Of a stretch of DNA of 64,000 bases, positions 11,235-24,500 are shown piece by piece (within the stretch, counting starts at the first letter, position 1; every line of letters starts with the position of its first letter). The stretch is from Camelus dromedarius (lineage: Eukaryota), in the NCBI RefSeq assembly GCF_036321535.1, contig NC_087437.1, forward strand, positions 12,030,001 to 12,094,000. The letters are read 5' to 3'. The position numbers were made by a program, and so were the translations under genes. The notes below the pieces were generated by a model. It saw only the letters and a program-made list of their open reading frames with translations, was not told the DNA's origin and did no database searches.

Positions 11235-12669
11235 AAAGAAAAAAAAAGAAAGTGAAAAAATTAAAAATAAGACAAGAGAGAGTGACTATGACGTGTGGAG
11301 TTGTTAGTTTTTACGGATTTGGTAACTTTATATGCTAACAAGTAGGAAGATTATTCCAACTATTTTGAGGGAGGGGCTGGGATTTCCAGGAATTGGGCTA
11401 TCACCCACTTTTTGACCTCAGTCTTGAAATTGTCTTGGCACCTGTGGGTGTGTCATTAAGCAGCTATTGTATTACAATGAGCATATAATGAAACTCAAGG
11501 TCTTCTTTGAGTCTTCCACCATCTTGCTGCTAATTGCTGTGTCATTCTTTTAATTGTTGTGCCCTGCCTCCTTCTCTCCTGTCTCAATTTGAGAGTTAAT
11601 CCTCAGCTAAGAAGAATAGGGTATTGTTAAAGTTTTCTGGGGATCAGTGGATGTCCCAGAGAGGATAAGAGTTAAATTTCTGTTTACAGAAGTTGGGTGA
11701 ATGCCAGTCATACAAACGAAAGAGACTGAATTTAAGATTATTTGAAAATAAAAAGCAATTCTATTACTTTTCAAGAACACTAACAATGTGAACTAGCTGT
11801 TAACCAAGTGTTTCCATGAAGAAGTCCTGCTGGGGCTTCTTTCAGTTTGGCAATTAGCAGCACCATTTACATACAAATAAAGAATGTGCTGAGGTACTTA
11901 AATAGCTCCCCCACCCCAAAGTAAGGTCACAGTCCAAAGGAAATTGTATTAATCATATAAATTTGTGGAGCAAGAATTTCCTACATATACAATAGGAAGC
12001 CTTACAACCAGCTCAGGAAGGAAAATTGGAGATTTAAAATTGGAGACTTGGAGTCAACAAATCTAAATATTGTATCAGAAATGGTAATCTTTCTCATACC
12101 GTACATTGTCACTCTGATTTTCCATGTCTCTCTTAAGTGTTTCAGCTTCAGGGGTTCGTTTCCATGACCTTACGAAATTCACTCAAGAACTAAGGAGAGG
12201 GTGATGTGACCATGGGCAAAGTCACAACACTTTGTTGGCAGCTGCACTGGACAGGAACTCTTCTTTCCTGACCCCCACTTCCATTCTCTGTCCAATCCAT
12301 TGTGTTGAATGCTATTTCTGGTGATGCCACAGCCTGTTTCCTTTCTGTCTTCAACTCTGTAGGTCATCAGTTCCCCCAGATAGCCAGCTGTCTGCCTGTG
12401 GCTCAGTGTTTATCCATCACCATTAGTCTTGCTCCCCTGACTCAGTCATCTCTTAACTGGGTGCTGCGTTTATAGCACATCCCCAGCAGCAACAGTGTGA
12501 GACAGTCAGTCTGCTTAGGAGATGTGATTTGAGTGGCAAATCACAGTCCTCTTCACTCCCAGTTAGCTCTCTTAAGCCTTCTCTGACATCACTTCCCCTC
12601 TTGAGGTCTCTAATTCCCACTAACTATAACCATGCCTTTAGGTCAAAGTTTGTGATTCAGGTGCTGACA

Positions 12670-12900
12670 ACACCCAAGCAGGTGGAAACAGGTCAAGAGG
12701 GCACCTGCCTGTTCTGTAGGGAGCAGTTACTGCTTAGCTCCAGCTAAGTGTTGTCAGTGTAGCCAGATCGCTCTCTTTTTGGAAAGAAATGGTAAATCCA
12801 GGTTTCTGTATAAAGATAAATGCTAGAAGATAATTCCTCATTTTAAAAACACTGTGTAGCCCTAGCAATTTGTGACTATGGCCTATGAGCCTACCAGTTC
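12670..12900 (-). mobile_element. MER102-like hAT-Charlie element
   Basis: ctgcttagctccagct...cagtgtagccagatc...aaatccaggttt...ttttaaaaacactgtg; similar copies at 27870 and 56225. Confidence 0.6.
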
Positions 12901-14019
12901 ATTAGGTTCATTATTTCATTCCCCAAACAGATACTGAGATCCTGTTGCATGTCCGGCACTGTGCTACCTACTTTTATTCTGTAGCCAATGAAAAGTCCAT
13001 GCAGAAAATGCTGGTTTCCCCTGTGTGATGAACCTGTCTGCATTCCTCTGCTCCCTGAAGCTAGGAGTTCCTGGAAGTCTGGACTACCCTTTCCTCTGTT
13101 TTTCCAACTTCACATATAAATTCAGCCCAGACCCAGACACTGGAGCACTTTTTGCCTTTGGTTAGATGAAAATGAAGCATTCCTGAGACCAGCATTTAGG
13201 TGACTTTGTGTCAACAAAGCCATCTCTGGTCCTGCTGATCATCTGCCCATGTTCACCATTGGGTTTCCTACCTTGCTCTTCAACTCAGCCTTTGTTCCTC
13301 CCAGCCCACGATCAGTGAGGAGGTCCCTGCAGCTCCCATTCAAATCCCTGATGCTCCTTATCATCTCTTCATCCCACTTCCGTATAGTCTAGTGCAGACT
13401 GTATGATCTTTCCCCAAAGAAACACACTAGTCCTCTTGTCTTCAGGGATGCCAACTGCTGCTCCTACCCCCAATTCATCCTCACACTCTGATCTCATGAA
13501 GAACACTACCACAAATATTTCTGAAAGGAATTTAAGAGTGGGCTATTATGATGTAGGAGTTTGGTGTTAACTAACCTTGACTCTTCCTGATGCTGAGACT
13601 TACTGAAATATTTCTGAATCTAGACCAAGAAGTAAAAATAGCAGGGACAGAATTAATTTGTGCAGGATAACTCTGCAACTAGTGACCCAGCGCAGCAATT
13701 CTTAGATGATGCAACAGTTCCAAGAAGTGATACCTTTCAGATATCCTGATTCTGGTGTTGATTCATGCATTTACTGACGTGGAGATCATATACTGGATGC
13801 AATCTTCTGTTACCTTCCCAGCATTGCTTCTTTCCTGATAGACCTGTTACCGTGTGGTGTGTGTCCCTGGGGGTCAAGGATGGAGCTGAATCCCTGGTTC
13901 GGCATGCTATGATCCTATGAGCTAAGGCAAGTTAATTTTGCTAAGATGCTGTTTCCTCATGTAAAAGGAAGATCCCACCACCTTCTTCATTACAGGAAAA
14001 TGTTTTTAAAAGAACTGTG

Positions 14020-14190
14020 TCAAAGATTAAGCACACAGGCTCTAGAATTCAACCAGCTTGGTTCAAATCCTGAATCTGCCACTGCGTCTGTGTAAGCCCA
14101 GGAAATGAAGATACATATGGTTAAATGAATAGTTTGCCAAGTGCTTAACATAGTACTGGCACATAGAACTCTGTATTAGGAGAGACGACT
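14020..14190 (+). mobile_element. MIR SINE (a further MIR piece lies at ~13870-13990)
   Basis: ggttcaaatcctgaatctgccact...aagtgcttaacatagtactggcacatag. Confidence 0.7.
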
Positions 14191-14254
14191 GCTGATGATG
14201 TTGGCCATATTGGCTTTTTGCTGCTAATTATCCTTCACCTGCAGGGAACAGATA

Positions 14255-14510
14255 ATAATGAAAGCTAACTTGTATTGATCCCTTAAACTTTTCTAGGTAC
14301 CGTGCCAAGTTATTATTGAACCATTCAATCTTCACAACAGTCCTGTGCAGTAGGTATTTATAGGAGGTCGTTATTATTCCCATTTCACAGGTGAGGAAAC
14401 TGAGTTTGATAGAAGCTCAGTATTTTGTTTAAAGTCACAGACAGCTTGGGAGCGCCAAGACACACAGTCAAGGTATCTACCTCCAACCTACTCCCTTAAT
14501 CACTGCGTTA
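14255..14510 (-). mobile_element. MIR SINE
   Basis: aatcttcacaacagtcctgtg...ttattcccatttcacaggtgaggaaactgag. Confidence 0.8.
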
Positions 14511-16119
14511 GGCTGCTTCATGGATGGTGGAAAAGGATGCAGAGAAGGTGGGTCAGATTTGAAATACAGAGCCTTTCCTTCAGAATAGAAAGACTAAATG
14601 CTCATTGCTACAGCTGGCTGCTTCCAGCTCCGCTGACAATCTCCTCCTGAAAGGGGGAGAGGAGGAGGTGTCTCAGGGTCTAAACCTTCAGGGTCTCCCT
14701 GGTCAGCCTGGCCAGGGATAACCAAATCCTGGGAAACCGGAGAAGGCTAAATGTATCCAAAATATAACTGAGTGATTATAAATAAAAAACTTAACTGACA
14801 AAGAGACTATATTTTTCCTTTGTTCTTGGATTCTTTATTTATATCCTGCTGACTTCCAAAATGATGGCTTGTGGCAGGTTACAACAAAAGACACACAAAC
14901 AATAGAAATGTTCAGACAAGGGTAAAAGGTCAAGAGACTGAGTATTTGAGTTATTCATTTAGCACATTATTTTCCCAGCTGGGAAATCTACTGCGAAACT
15001 GAACTAAGATCAGAAGGGTGCTTCATAAATATATAGGTTAATCTAGTGATATATTTGAAGTGCTTAAATAGCAAACCTCTCCCTATTTCACTATAATGGC
15101 CCAGCTTAATTTGTCATCTTTTTTTTTCCCCTCCTTTTAAAGCATTGCTGAGACTTTAAGATACTCATTGTGAATTAATTTGGGATTTGGCATAATAACA
15201 TTAATCATGCTAAAAGAATTCATTTGACAGTAATGCAGTATAATTAGTGATGTACTAAATCCACTGAGATCTACCAATAATTATAGAATCGTTATTTTAA
15301 AACCTTATATAGGCATTCATTTTTTCTTTCTTCTTCTTTTTTTTTTCTATTCTGAATCTGCAGCACGTAGAAGCAAAGTCTCAGCTCTGACAATTTGCTT
15401 TTTTGAAATCTTGGGAAAGGCATCAAGAATAAACCCTAGTAGACTTAGCATTAACCTTAGAGACCCTTTGCCCAGAGTAAGGTGTAGGAATTACCTTAAA
15501 GGAGGCTGTTTAATCCTGAAGACAGCTGGCCAAATCACATGGAATTATTGAGAAGTCTTGAGAAAACAAAGGGGACTGACCAGACCTAGACTTTACTAGC
15601 TGACTAAGCTTAAAAACTGGTGGAGTGGGAGGGAATACCTAGATACTCCTATTTCTAGGCTGTGGTGAATGTTTACGTAAGAGTACTTAGTCAATTAGGA
15701 GTGGGAAGAGGTGAGGAGGGTGGTTTCTGTGTTGGTAGATTTTTTAAAAATTTCAGCAGAAGGAGATCTTAGAAATCAGCTTGCCAAATTTTATCATTTT
15801 GCATAATAGCAACTGAAGCCCCCAGAGGCTGTATGATGTGTTCAGGTGCAAAATCTGGTGACCCAGCCTGGTCTAGACTCCACCTGTCAGCACTCCAATA
15901 ACCACAGTCATAAGCTCTACAGTTTCGTAGAAGTTGAGAATCACCCTTTTCAGTGGGAGTCCCTAGAAAGAAGGAAGCCCCAATGTCCTAGGACATCCCC
16001 CGCATCTTGAATGGTAGTGACCGCATACCATCTTTGAGAAACTTGTGAAAATACTTATTTAGAGGAATTTCTGCATTCTTGGCCCCAGCTGAGGACCCAT
16101 GGTTGAGAAAGCCTTAGAC

Positions 16120-16314
16120 TCTGGAACAGAACAGTCCAAGAGGACTTTCTATGGTAATAGAAATGATCTGTGTCTGCATTGTCCAGTACACTGGCCATCC
16201 ACAGCAACTGAACACTAGAAATGTGACCAGTGTGACTGAGGAAGTGAATGTTTAATTTAATTTTAATTTGAGGCATTTGTGGCTGGTGGATCTGAATTAA
16301 GCAGCACAGCTCTA
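16120..16314 (+). mobile_element. MER3-like hAT-Charlie MITE
   Basis: gtccaagaggactttctatggtaatagaaatg...aaatgtgaccagtgtgactgaggaagtgaat...cagcacagctcta. Confidence 0.75.
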
Positions 16315-16429
16315 AATACTTCTGCTGTCAGTACATAAAAAGCCACATAACAACTCTGTGTTGTCAAATATATTATCCTAGTGCATTTGAATGTGTCAGT
16401 GTTCTAGTCCCAGCCCTGTATTCTGGGAG

Positions 16430-16625
16430 GAGCGCAGCATCATGCTTTGCAGGGCATAATCCATAGGGCCTGGGTTCAGAACCTCGTTCTAGCAGCTGGG
16501 TGTGATTTAGGCCAGAGTCTTAACTTCTTGTAGAGTAAGTTCTTGACCCCAGGAACAAGGTTTAGAGTGAAGGTGTTGGGAGTGTGAACTGTTTAGGGCA
16601 GACCTGATACAGGCAGTGCTGGTTG
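16430..16625 (+). mobile_element. MIR SINE
   Basis: gcctgggttcagaacctcgttctagcagctgggtgtgatttagg. Confidence 0.55.
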
Positions 16626-17142
16626 TGATAAGCACTCCCTGTGCAAGGGACATGGTGGTGAATGCTATTCCTTGATTAGGGCGCCTCTGATATGGCTTTC
16701 TGGGCATTCAGAAAAGAATTGTGGCCTTTAATTGCACAGACTAGTGATGTACCGAGGCGAGGGGACACTGGCAAGGAGTATTTTCTCACTGAAATTGTTT
16801 AGAATCGCTGAAGCATGGAGATAATAAAATGCAGACAGCTTTTTTTTTTAAGTATTTTTTTAGTTGTTTTAAAATTCTCTACAGACATTGCAGTCCCTTT
16901 TCACCTACTCCTATAGCATCCTCCCTGCACCCCTAGTCCAATAACATTTGGACCAGGGATGAGTGCACAGTAACAAGGATTTCATCTTGTTATTCTCACC
17001 TTTCTTTCCCCAGGGTTCAGGTATGCATTCATTAATGAAACAAAACTTAATATCCCTACAGCCTTCCACTCTACCCGGCACACACAAGGCATTCAAATAC
17101 TTGCTAAATGCAAGAATAGATTATTTTCACTTATTCATCTTT

Positions 17143-17226
17143 TTTAAATGGAGGTGCTGGGGATTGAACCCAGGACCTCATGCATGCTACACAGCCATTC
17201 TACCGCTGCGTAATCCCCCATCTTCC
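17143..17226 (-). mobile_element. Camelid tRNA-derived SINE (Vic-1 type)
   Basis: ggggattgaacccaggacctcatgcatgc is the reverse complement of the SINE body at 55164; degenerate 16-bp TSD tcac(t/g)tattcat(c/t)ttt at 17127-17142 and 17227-17242. Confidence 0.85.
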
Positions 17227-19699
17227 TCACGTATTCATTTTTAATTTATTTTTAAATGTAAAATGCTAGTAATCATATAAAAGCCCAGAAGACATGACAG
17301 ACTCCCCTTACCCATCACTAAGTTTACATTGTTACTATTCAGCCATATTTGTTTTTGAGATCTCCTTTTAGAAGACTTTTCATGATGGTATATAGTTTTG
17401 AAAGCCCCCTGCAGTCTTTTGGAAATAGAGCAGGTTATCAATAAGAAGGCATGTCTTAGCATTTCACATTCTATAGGATCCCAATAATATAAAGCTTTGT
17501 TTCGCAGCAACTCATCGCTGAATTCTGGGGTGCTGTGGAGTCCTTGCTCTCCAGTACTGGAGAGAGAATTCTGACCTGCAAATACATCTGAATTGAGAAA
17601 AGGAACAGTTATCTGTGGATGGTGCTAAAAGATCACTGGAAATGTAGGCAAGTCACCAGGACTTGGTGACAGGTGACACCGCTATTAAACAAGAAGGATG
17701 GGTGGGTGATGGCTTTAAAATGTTTGAGCCTGATTGAGAAAATGGAGTTGCCAAGGAAAGAGAGATTAAGAGCTATTTTTGTAGTGAGACTGAGGAGTGT
17801 GTGTTTGGATCTATCAGGCTGGGGAAGACAACGGGCAAGCGTTAAGTAAGTTTAGAGTGTGCTTTTGAAAACCAAAGCCCCTGGGTGCTATATTCTAGGC
17901 TGTTGTAAGAACAAATTATACTGTTCAAATAGTTTATTGTTAGATCAGGATAAATTACCCAAATGAGACTTAATGTGCTATTCCATCACTACCCTATTCT
18001 CAAGCCAATCTGTTTGGCTTAAGAAATTAAGGGAAAGGGCCAGTCTTAATATTTTCTTGCCATAACTCAGCTGAACTTCCAAACAAGAGCTAGTGAAGGT
18101 TGCTTCCATTAATTTACAGAGTAACACAAGACCTTTAAAGATGAAAACACACTCCCATGACCCTCCCATTACTAGCCCAGCGGGATAGATTAATCTAGTA
18201 ATGTTCTTACCCTAACCGCCCTCATCCTCAGATTCCACTTGTCTTGTAGAGCCATCTTTGTCCGTAGAGTATCCAATTACATACTTCATACAATGACTAT
18301 GATATTTAACTAGATTCATGGATCTATATAGAAAACAATGAAACCTGGAAATTTCCACGAAGGAGCTTAATTATCATTAAATTTATTTCTCATTACATAG
18401 GAATCACTTAACTTGTTCTGAGTTCCCCAGTTCTGAGTCCCCAAGTGAGTTATGTACTCCAGTGTCCCTGAAAGGATAATAGAAAAATTGCATGTAGTGG
18501 AACTGTTTTCACATGAGGTAATCCTGCAGCCCACGTGACTTTCACACAACAATGGGATACAGTAGCCGTGATCATTGTCTTTGGTTGGGGTTGTATCTGG
18601 TTGAAAGCTCTGTGTAACATCCTCTTGTTTATCAAGTCTTAAACACTTGAGTGTTTGCAGTTAACTCTGATAGTGCTTAAGATGTGTGGCCAGAACCCAG
18701 AAGCATACAAAGGAACCTGTGGTTTTGAAAGCATGGCTTATACAGTGTTATAAATGAAAGGGTTAATTAACCTCTTACAAAGATGTCCCTGGTCTTAGTG
18801 GACAAGATTTGAAAGATCAAACGCTTTTTGTACCAAAAGTATGATCCATCTATTACATACCAAAAATGCAATCCATGCTTGTACGAAAGTCTAACCCATG
18901 TAGTAAGTACACTTTTAACAACTTTCAGTGCATTATCATATATAAAGATGAAAAAATCTGAGGGCAACAGACAACTCTTGAACTCCTCCTTAACTCTTGA
19001 ATTTTTTTTTGTATTTAATGATTTTTTCCCCAATTTTAAAGGTTTTTTTCTTTAAGCTAAGTGATTGTTCCTACAGTCTTAATTTTAAACTTGGACTCAA
19101 TGATCAAAGTTCTTATTTTGTTATTCTGGTTTTTCAATGTTAAGGTTCTTTCTCAGCAAAAAGTGTTATCTCACTGTCTGGTGGTGCTTTCTGGGGTCTT
19201 TTAGACAGCTAAATAAGATCTACCTGTTCCTGCACAGATAGACACTTGTAGTTAACTCACGCTCTCAGCCTCCAAATTCTCACTCAGACTCCCTCCAATT
19301 AGAGGAGCATTTTTCTTATTATTTCTTAGACTACCTGTATTGCTTCTAAATAATCTGGTATAAAAAATCATTCTCATTTTGCATTAGTAATTCCTAGAAA
19401 TTGGGTTGTTGTGTTTCAAAAAATAGCTATGTACTCAGAGCAAACCTTAAAAAAGAAAAAAAGAATCTTACTACCTAGAAATGATCACTGTCAGTATAGA
19501 GATCATGTTTTCTCCTCGTCTTTACTGTATACAGTGAAATGCCTGTTTGTTTAGAAAAAAAGTGCTTTAGAAAAGACATGGGGTAAAAGCAGCAATATGA
19601 ATATTTTCGCAACTACCATTAAGTCAAACTTACTGTAGCCTTTGAAAATGAGATATTTAATTTAATTAGCAAACACATTTATAAATAGAAAGTATTTTC

Positions 19700-20085
19700 A
19701 AGTATCTCAAGAGAAAACAGTGTGAGGACAACAGGTTACTAATGGAATCCCTTAAGAGATGAACCTGGGTACCAGCCTTACTTAATATTTTAATAAATGA
19801 TTTGGAAGTTAGAGTGCATAGTGAAATCTCTGCGTTTGCACATTACACTAGCTATTCTTACAGATAAATTATAGGAAGATCTCACCATGCTCTGAGAGTA
19901 AGCAGAAAAGTGACTGATGATATTCAATAAAAATGCATTTTAAGGGGAAAAACGTCCTGAGCTGTAGTTTATAATATGATGGTTTGGAACTATCACTTAT
20001 GAAAGAGCAAGGAAGAGCAGTTTTATTTTGCTGTTTGAAAATGAGATTTTAGGCAAGAAAAGCCAACAAAACACTGGTCATTATT
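19700..20085 (+). mobile_element. CR1/L3 LINE reverse-transcriptase fragment (ancient)
   Basis: Manual translation VTNGIP*...PALLNILINDLEVRVHSEISAFAHYT...EDLTML...ARKANKTL matches CR1 RT motifs (GVPQGSVLGP, FNIFINDL, FADDT, KAN..LG). Confidence 0.75.
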
Positions 20086-21054
20086 CATTCATTATGCAAA
20101 TAATTGTTGAATCCCCTTACCTAATTATAAACACCACACTAGATTCTTAAGATGTAGGGTAAAAAAAACACAGTCATTTATAGTTCATTTCTAGCAGCAA
20201 GATTCCTAAATTCTGTCTTCTCTCTTTTTATTCTATCTCTCAGCTCTGCTCCTTAGCACCTTCTAAAGGAACCAAAACCTCCAAACTCTACCCAAAGCCA
20301 GTGTTTACCTAATCAGTACAGCCTGCTGCTAATGCCTGGGCAGTGCTGCTGCTTTGGAGCGATTCCTTAAGAAACAATTTCTTAACAATTACGAAAAATA
20401 ATAATTATGAAGGAGTAACTATGAAGAATGCTCCTCAATAATTTATGGAGAATAATGTATATCTCATTCCACCTATTTTAATATGCTGTTCTCACTTATT
20501 TTTTTCATTTCTCATTGTTCATAATAATCTAGCACAATATGATAGTCCAGTAAGTCCAAGTCCAGGTATTTTTTTTTCAAAAGGATGTTGACAGCATTCT
20601 GGAATCTATTTTGATACAGAATATTTTAATTTGAATGAACAAAATAGCAGTGACAAGTTTTTTTATTTTTGATAGGTCATACTGTCAAAGAACATTCTGA
20701 CACACTGAAAACAGAAACAGGTCTATTAAAACAGAATTAATGACAGGAGGAAGCATAAAGTCAAATTATAACACAACAGCTGTCTGCATTTAGGCAGAGT
20801 GCGTAGAGCTCTCCTGTGAGGGCCGCGTGCTGGGGGTCTTACCCTTTGATGACTCTGAATGAAAGGGGAGGTAGATACATTGAGGGGCAGAAGCTTTACC
20901 ACCATTAACTTTGTGTCTACGAGTCCTGTTGGAATTGCAAAATATGGTGGTACTTACGGTCTTAAAATTCTCCACAAAATTCCCCAAACCAAAGTAATTT
21001 TAATTCACAATCATTAAAGGAAACCAATGAAAACCATTCAGTGGGGCCTTGGAT

Positions 21055-21380
21055 GTTGCTTTGCTATAACTTCCATCAGAGCAGGTGGTTCTTTGTCTGT
21101 CTTTTGTATCCTTTCATCTCCAATGCCTGGCATGTGACAGGAGTTCAATGAATACTTGTTTATCATATCCTTAGGTGCTGCTTACTCTGTGCCAGACATT
21201 GTTCTAAATGCTTTTAAGATATTAACTACTTAATCCTTAAAGTGACCCTGTGAGGTATGCCACCCGTAAAAGTGAAGCAACTTGAATACCAACAAGTTAA
21301 GTAATTTGCTAAAGATCATACAACTTGAACTGGGATTCTAACCCAGCTCCACAGTCCACACATCTAACTACTTGACTATG
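21055..21380. mobile_element. L2 3' end (+, ~21055-21160) next to a MIR (-, ~21170-21380)
   Basis: caatgcctggcatgtgacaggagttcaatgaatacttgtt; tctgtgccagacattgttctaaatgcttt...gaccctgtgaggta...gttaagtaatttgctaaagatcataca. Confidence 0.65.
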
Positions 21381-21460
21381 CCTCATTGAGTTGAGAATAA
21401 TTTGGGGAAAGCCACTGATTCCCAGGATTAATGCCTCCATTCTCCATGCATATATATATA

Positions 21461-21508
21461 TTTTTTATTTTATTGAAGTATAATCAGTTACAATGTGTCA
21501 ATTTTTTG
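21461..21508 (-). mobile_element. Very short 5'-truncated lineage-specific L1 3' tip
   Basis: tattgaagtataatcagttacaatgtgtcaattt nearly matches the L1 3' terminus at 1577-1610. Confidence 0.7.
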
Positions 21509-24500
21509 AGCATATACCCAATTATTTCTCTTTTTTCCTGCCTGAAAACTCCCCCACCTCTAACCACATAAGGGAAAACATTGTACTTCCTGGCATGTTA
21601 TTTAAGACTTTACTTCATTTGGCCTTGTTTATTTCCCACCTTATTTCTCTGCACTTCCAGTATGGCTAGAATACAAGAAGCGTAATATATCCCAGTGGCC
21701 TGAATAGGCGGTTTGGTTTTATACCTCAGTGATCTTGACTTCTCTTTGCTCAACCCTGGTTCTACAGATCTATCAAGACCAGATTAAATGTCATCTGTTC
21801 TCTGAAGTTTGCAGGGAGCTGTCTGATTTGTGTACATAATCCAGGGTCCAGTACCATGTCTGGTACAAAGGACTGATAGGTATGGTCACAGGAATGTGCA
21901 CTGAACACTCCTGTAAACTTCTCACCTGCCTTTGTAGGCATCTTCATGTGCATCTGTCTATGGTTTCGCCTAGTCTATGATGTAAATGGTGACCTCGGGA
22001 TTTGGGCAGTGCCCACTGGCACAACAGTACAGGGCAGCCCTGCTGATAAATAGCAGGAGTTAAGCAAGGATTTGTCGACTGACACTCATTTGCTATCATG
22101 AAGCCAGAGAATGTCCATTCTGGCTCTGTCTTTCTCTTAGTTGTTTGGAGACCATTGACCATTCAGTCGGTTTCTGGACTTATGTTTCCAAATTTCTATC
22201 TCCTTCCACAAAACTATTTGATAGAAAAGTTGAGGGGATTCCAACTGAGTGCCAAGCTATATCTTTGGATACCTTTGATTTCCACAGTAAACCAAAATTC
22301 CCAAGTTTTGGAGCCTGCTTAAAGAACAAAAATTAAAAAAAATTATTATTATTATTTATCTATTCCATGTACCACATGCTCTGTTGAGAGGGAGGTGATG
22401 AGCCTCAGAGCTTGGCCTTCTCACCCAGGAGGACAAGCAGGGAGAATGGGCAGGAAGGCAGAATCTCCCAGAGGTCTGAGAGTCACAGTTCTAGAACTGA
22501 GCCGGCCTCTCTCCTCCTCCAGCACCCCAGCCACAGAGTGAGGGCATGGGCCATCAGGCACAGATGTGTGCACAAGCTCTCATTGTGCAGTGACTTCTAC
22601 CTGCTAGAATTGTTGAAGGCGCTTATGTATGTTTTGTTTTATCATTTTTATTGATGTTAAGTTCATATTCAATAGCAGCTCCAAAGAGCTCATTAAACAT
22701 GCATTTTAATGTGTTCTAAGTATATACATATGCACACATTTTTTATACATATTCATAGATATAGCTGTATATTGAATATTTCTGTTGTAATTTTCCAGCA
22801 GGCTCAAAGTCTTCTGTATGTTTATCATAGGCTCAGTTTATCAGATTTATCTACTTTGATATTTTCAGTACTTAAAAAAAATAAAATGAGGACAAATAGT
22901 ATTGTACTCAGCAAGTTATTCAGAGAGACTGTTTGTCAGAGGTTTTGATATGGGGCCAGAAAAATGTTATTTATTAAATAAGCAAGAAATATCCAGCGGG
23001 ATTAAATCATAATTAATTGCTACTTCGATTGGGAAAACCACCACTGACTGAGAATTCATGGAGGTGCTAATCTCTCTTCTACTTTTATTTCTCTCTCTGC
23101 TCAGAGAAAGTAATTAACAATTACGGAAGAGAAGAAGCCTATATAATTTGTTTACTGATAAAATATCCTTAAATGAGAGAACTAGAAGGTTCATTTAAGG
23201 AGGCAAAGAAATGTATCTTCTTTCAGAAAATTTAAATAAAATATAATTCAGATTTGTGACATTTCAATGTGAGGCCAGAATGTCATAAATAAAGGGAAAA
23301 TAATTTTTACAAAGAAAGAAGGCGCCTAATTGAACAAACAAACAATTTAATGTTGTTTGCCTCCATATGAATCTTTTTTTAAAAAGCAAGGATAAAATAT
23401 GTACATTGTTTCAGTCTCTTAAAGTAGTATTTTGGGCTACTGACTGAGGAAAAAGACCAATAACAACAATTGTATTTCACTGAAAATTTTCTTTACAGAT
23501 CTTCCTGAAAATAATGAGTGTTTAAAATATGAATGTATTAGGAAAGAATACTTTACATGTTTTACATTGTTTTTCTAAGCTTTTAAAACAAATTCCTTCC
23601 ATGTTGTTTTTGAACACTGAGAAAGAATTTTTCAAGAAGCGGTTTCAAATGAGATTGAGTTATTCATTTGAACTTGGTAGTTTTGTAAGGTTCTTAGTGA
23701 TGCTGTCCTTTCACAGTCTTGTCACTGAGCAGAGTTTAATGTTCACAGCACGACCTTGTCCCGTGGGAAGTGGCAGTGTGGACTTGAGGTTAGAGCACAT
23801 TGGGACCACACCTAGCACGTGCATCTCCAGCTGAGTTTGTCACAAGCAGGATGGTTCTAGAACACTCAGAGGCACAACTGCTCTAGGAGCCAGAAGCCTT
23901 ATTATTTATACAGTGGCCAACTTAGCAAATTTTAAAACGATTTATTTGAAAAGTAAAGCAGAATATCAATAAGTAGATTTTTTATAAACACTTTTTTTCA
24001 CAATCCCTTTGTCTTTCTTTTGTAGTATATAAAGATGTAATCTAGTAAGAAAGCATGAGACAAAACATTATAAAGCAAACTATTGGCATTATAAACTCAA
24101 CTACACATAAACATGTAGATACATGTTTATATTTCTTTGTGTTTTCCAGTTAGGTCATAAACTACATACACTCTAAAAAGAATGGAAAACTTTTTAATAT
24201 CCTTGGAACCTTCGGAAAACGAGTTTTTTGTTTTGTTAAGGAGACTTCCCAGCTTCTCAGGGAAGTTCCCTTTGAAGGACATAATGATAAATAATGGAGT
24301 GATTTCAATTGTTATTTTGCCAAAAGGTATTGTCTGCGTTTTTGTGTTCATCATGACTTGTGGAATTCAGCTGTGTCCTTGGTCCCAGCTAGCCAGAGCG
24401 CGGTAAAGGCGAAGCCATTGCTTTGTGGCTCTCTCCGGAGTGAAAAATCAGATGCCATGAATTCATGGTTGTTAGTCTGATGACTGTTCACCTACCACGC

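Larger units (their letters stand above)
8046..11268 (+). mobile_element. Chimeric TSD-bounded L1 insertion: 5'UTR+ORF1, inverted ORF2 piece, captured old L1 pieces, A-rich tail
   Basis: Starts at the L1 5' motif caagatggc; 15-bp TSD aag(g/a)caagagagagt at 8031-8045 and 11269-11283; AATAAA 11218-11223; A-rich tail 11235-11268. Confidence 0.85.
7843..11586 (-). mobile_element. ERV1-class solo LTR (~500 bp), split by an L1 insertion (halves 7843-8045 and 11284-11586)
   Basis: TG...CA termini (tgattta...cctgtctca); 4-bp TSD ATTT at 7839-7842 and 11587-11590; AATAAA on the - strand at 7984-7989; halves join at the L1 TSD. Confidence 0.75.
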
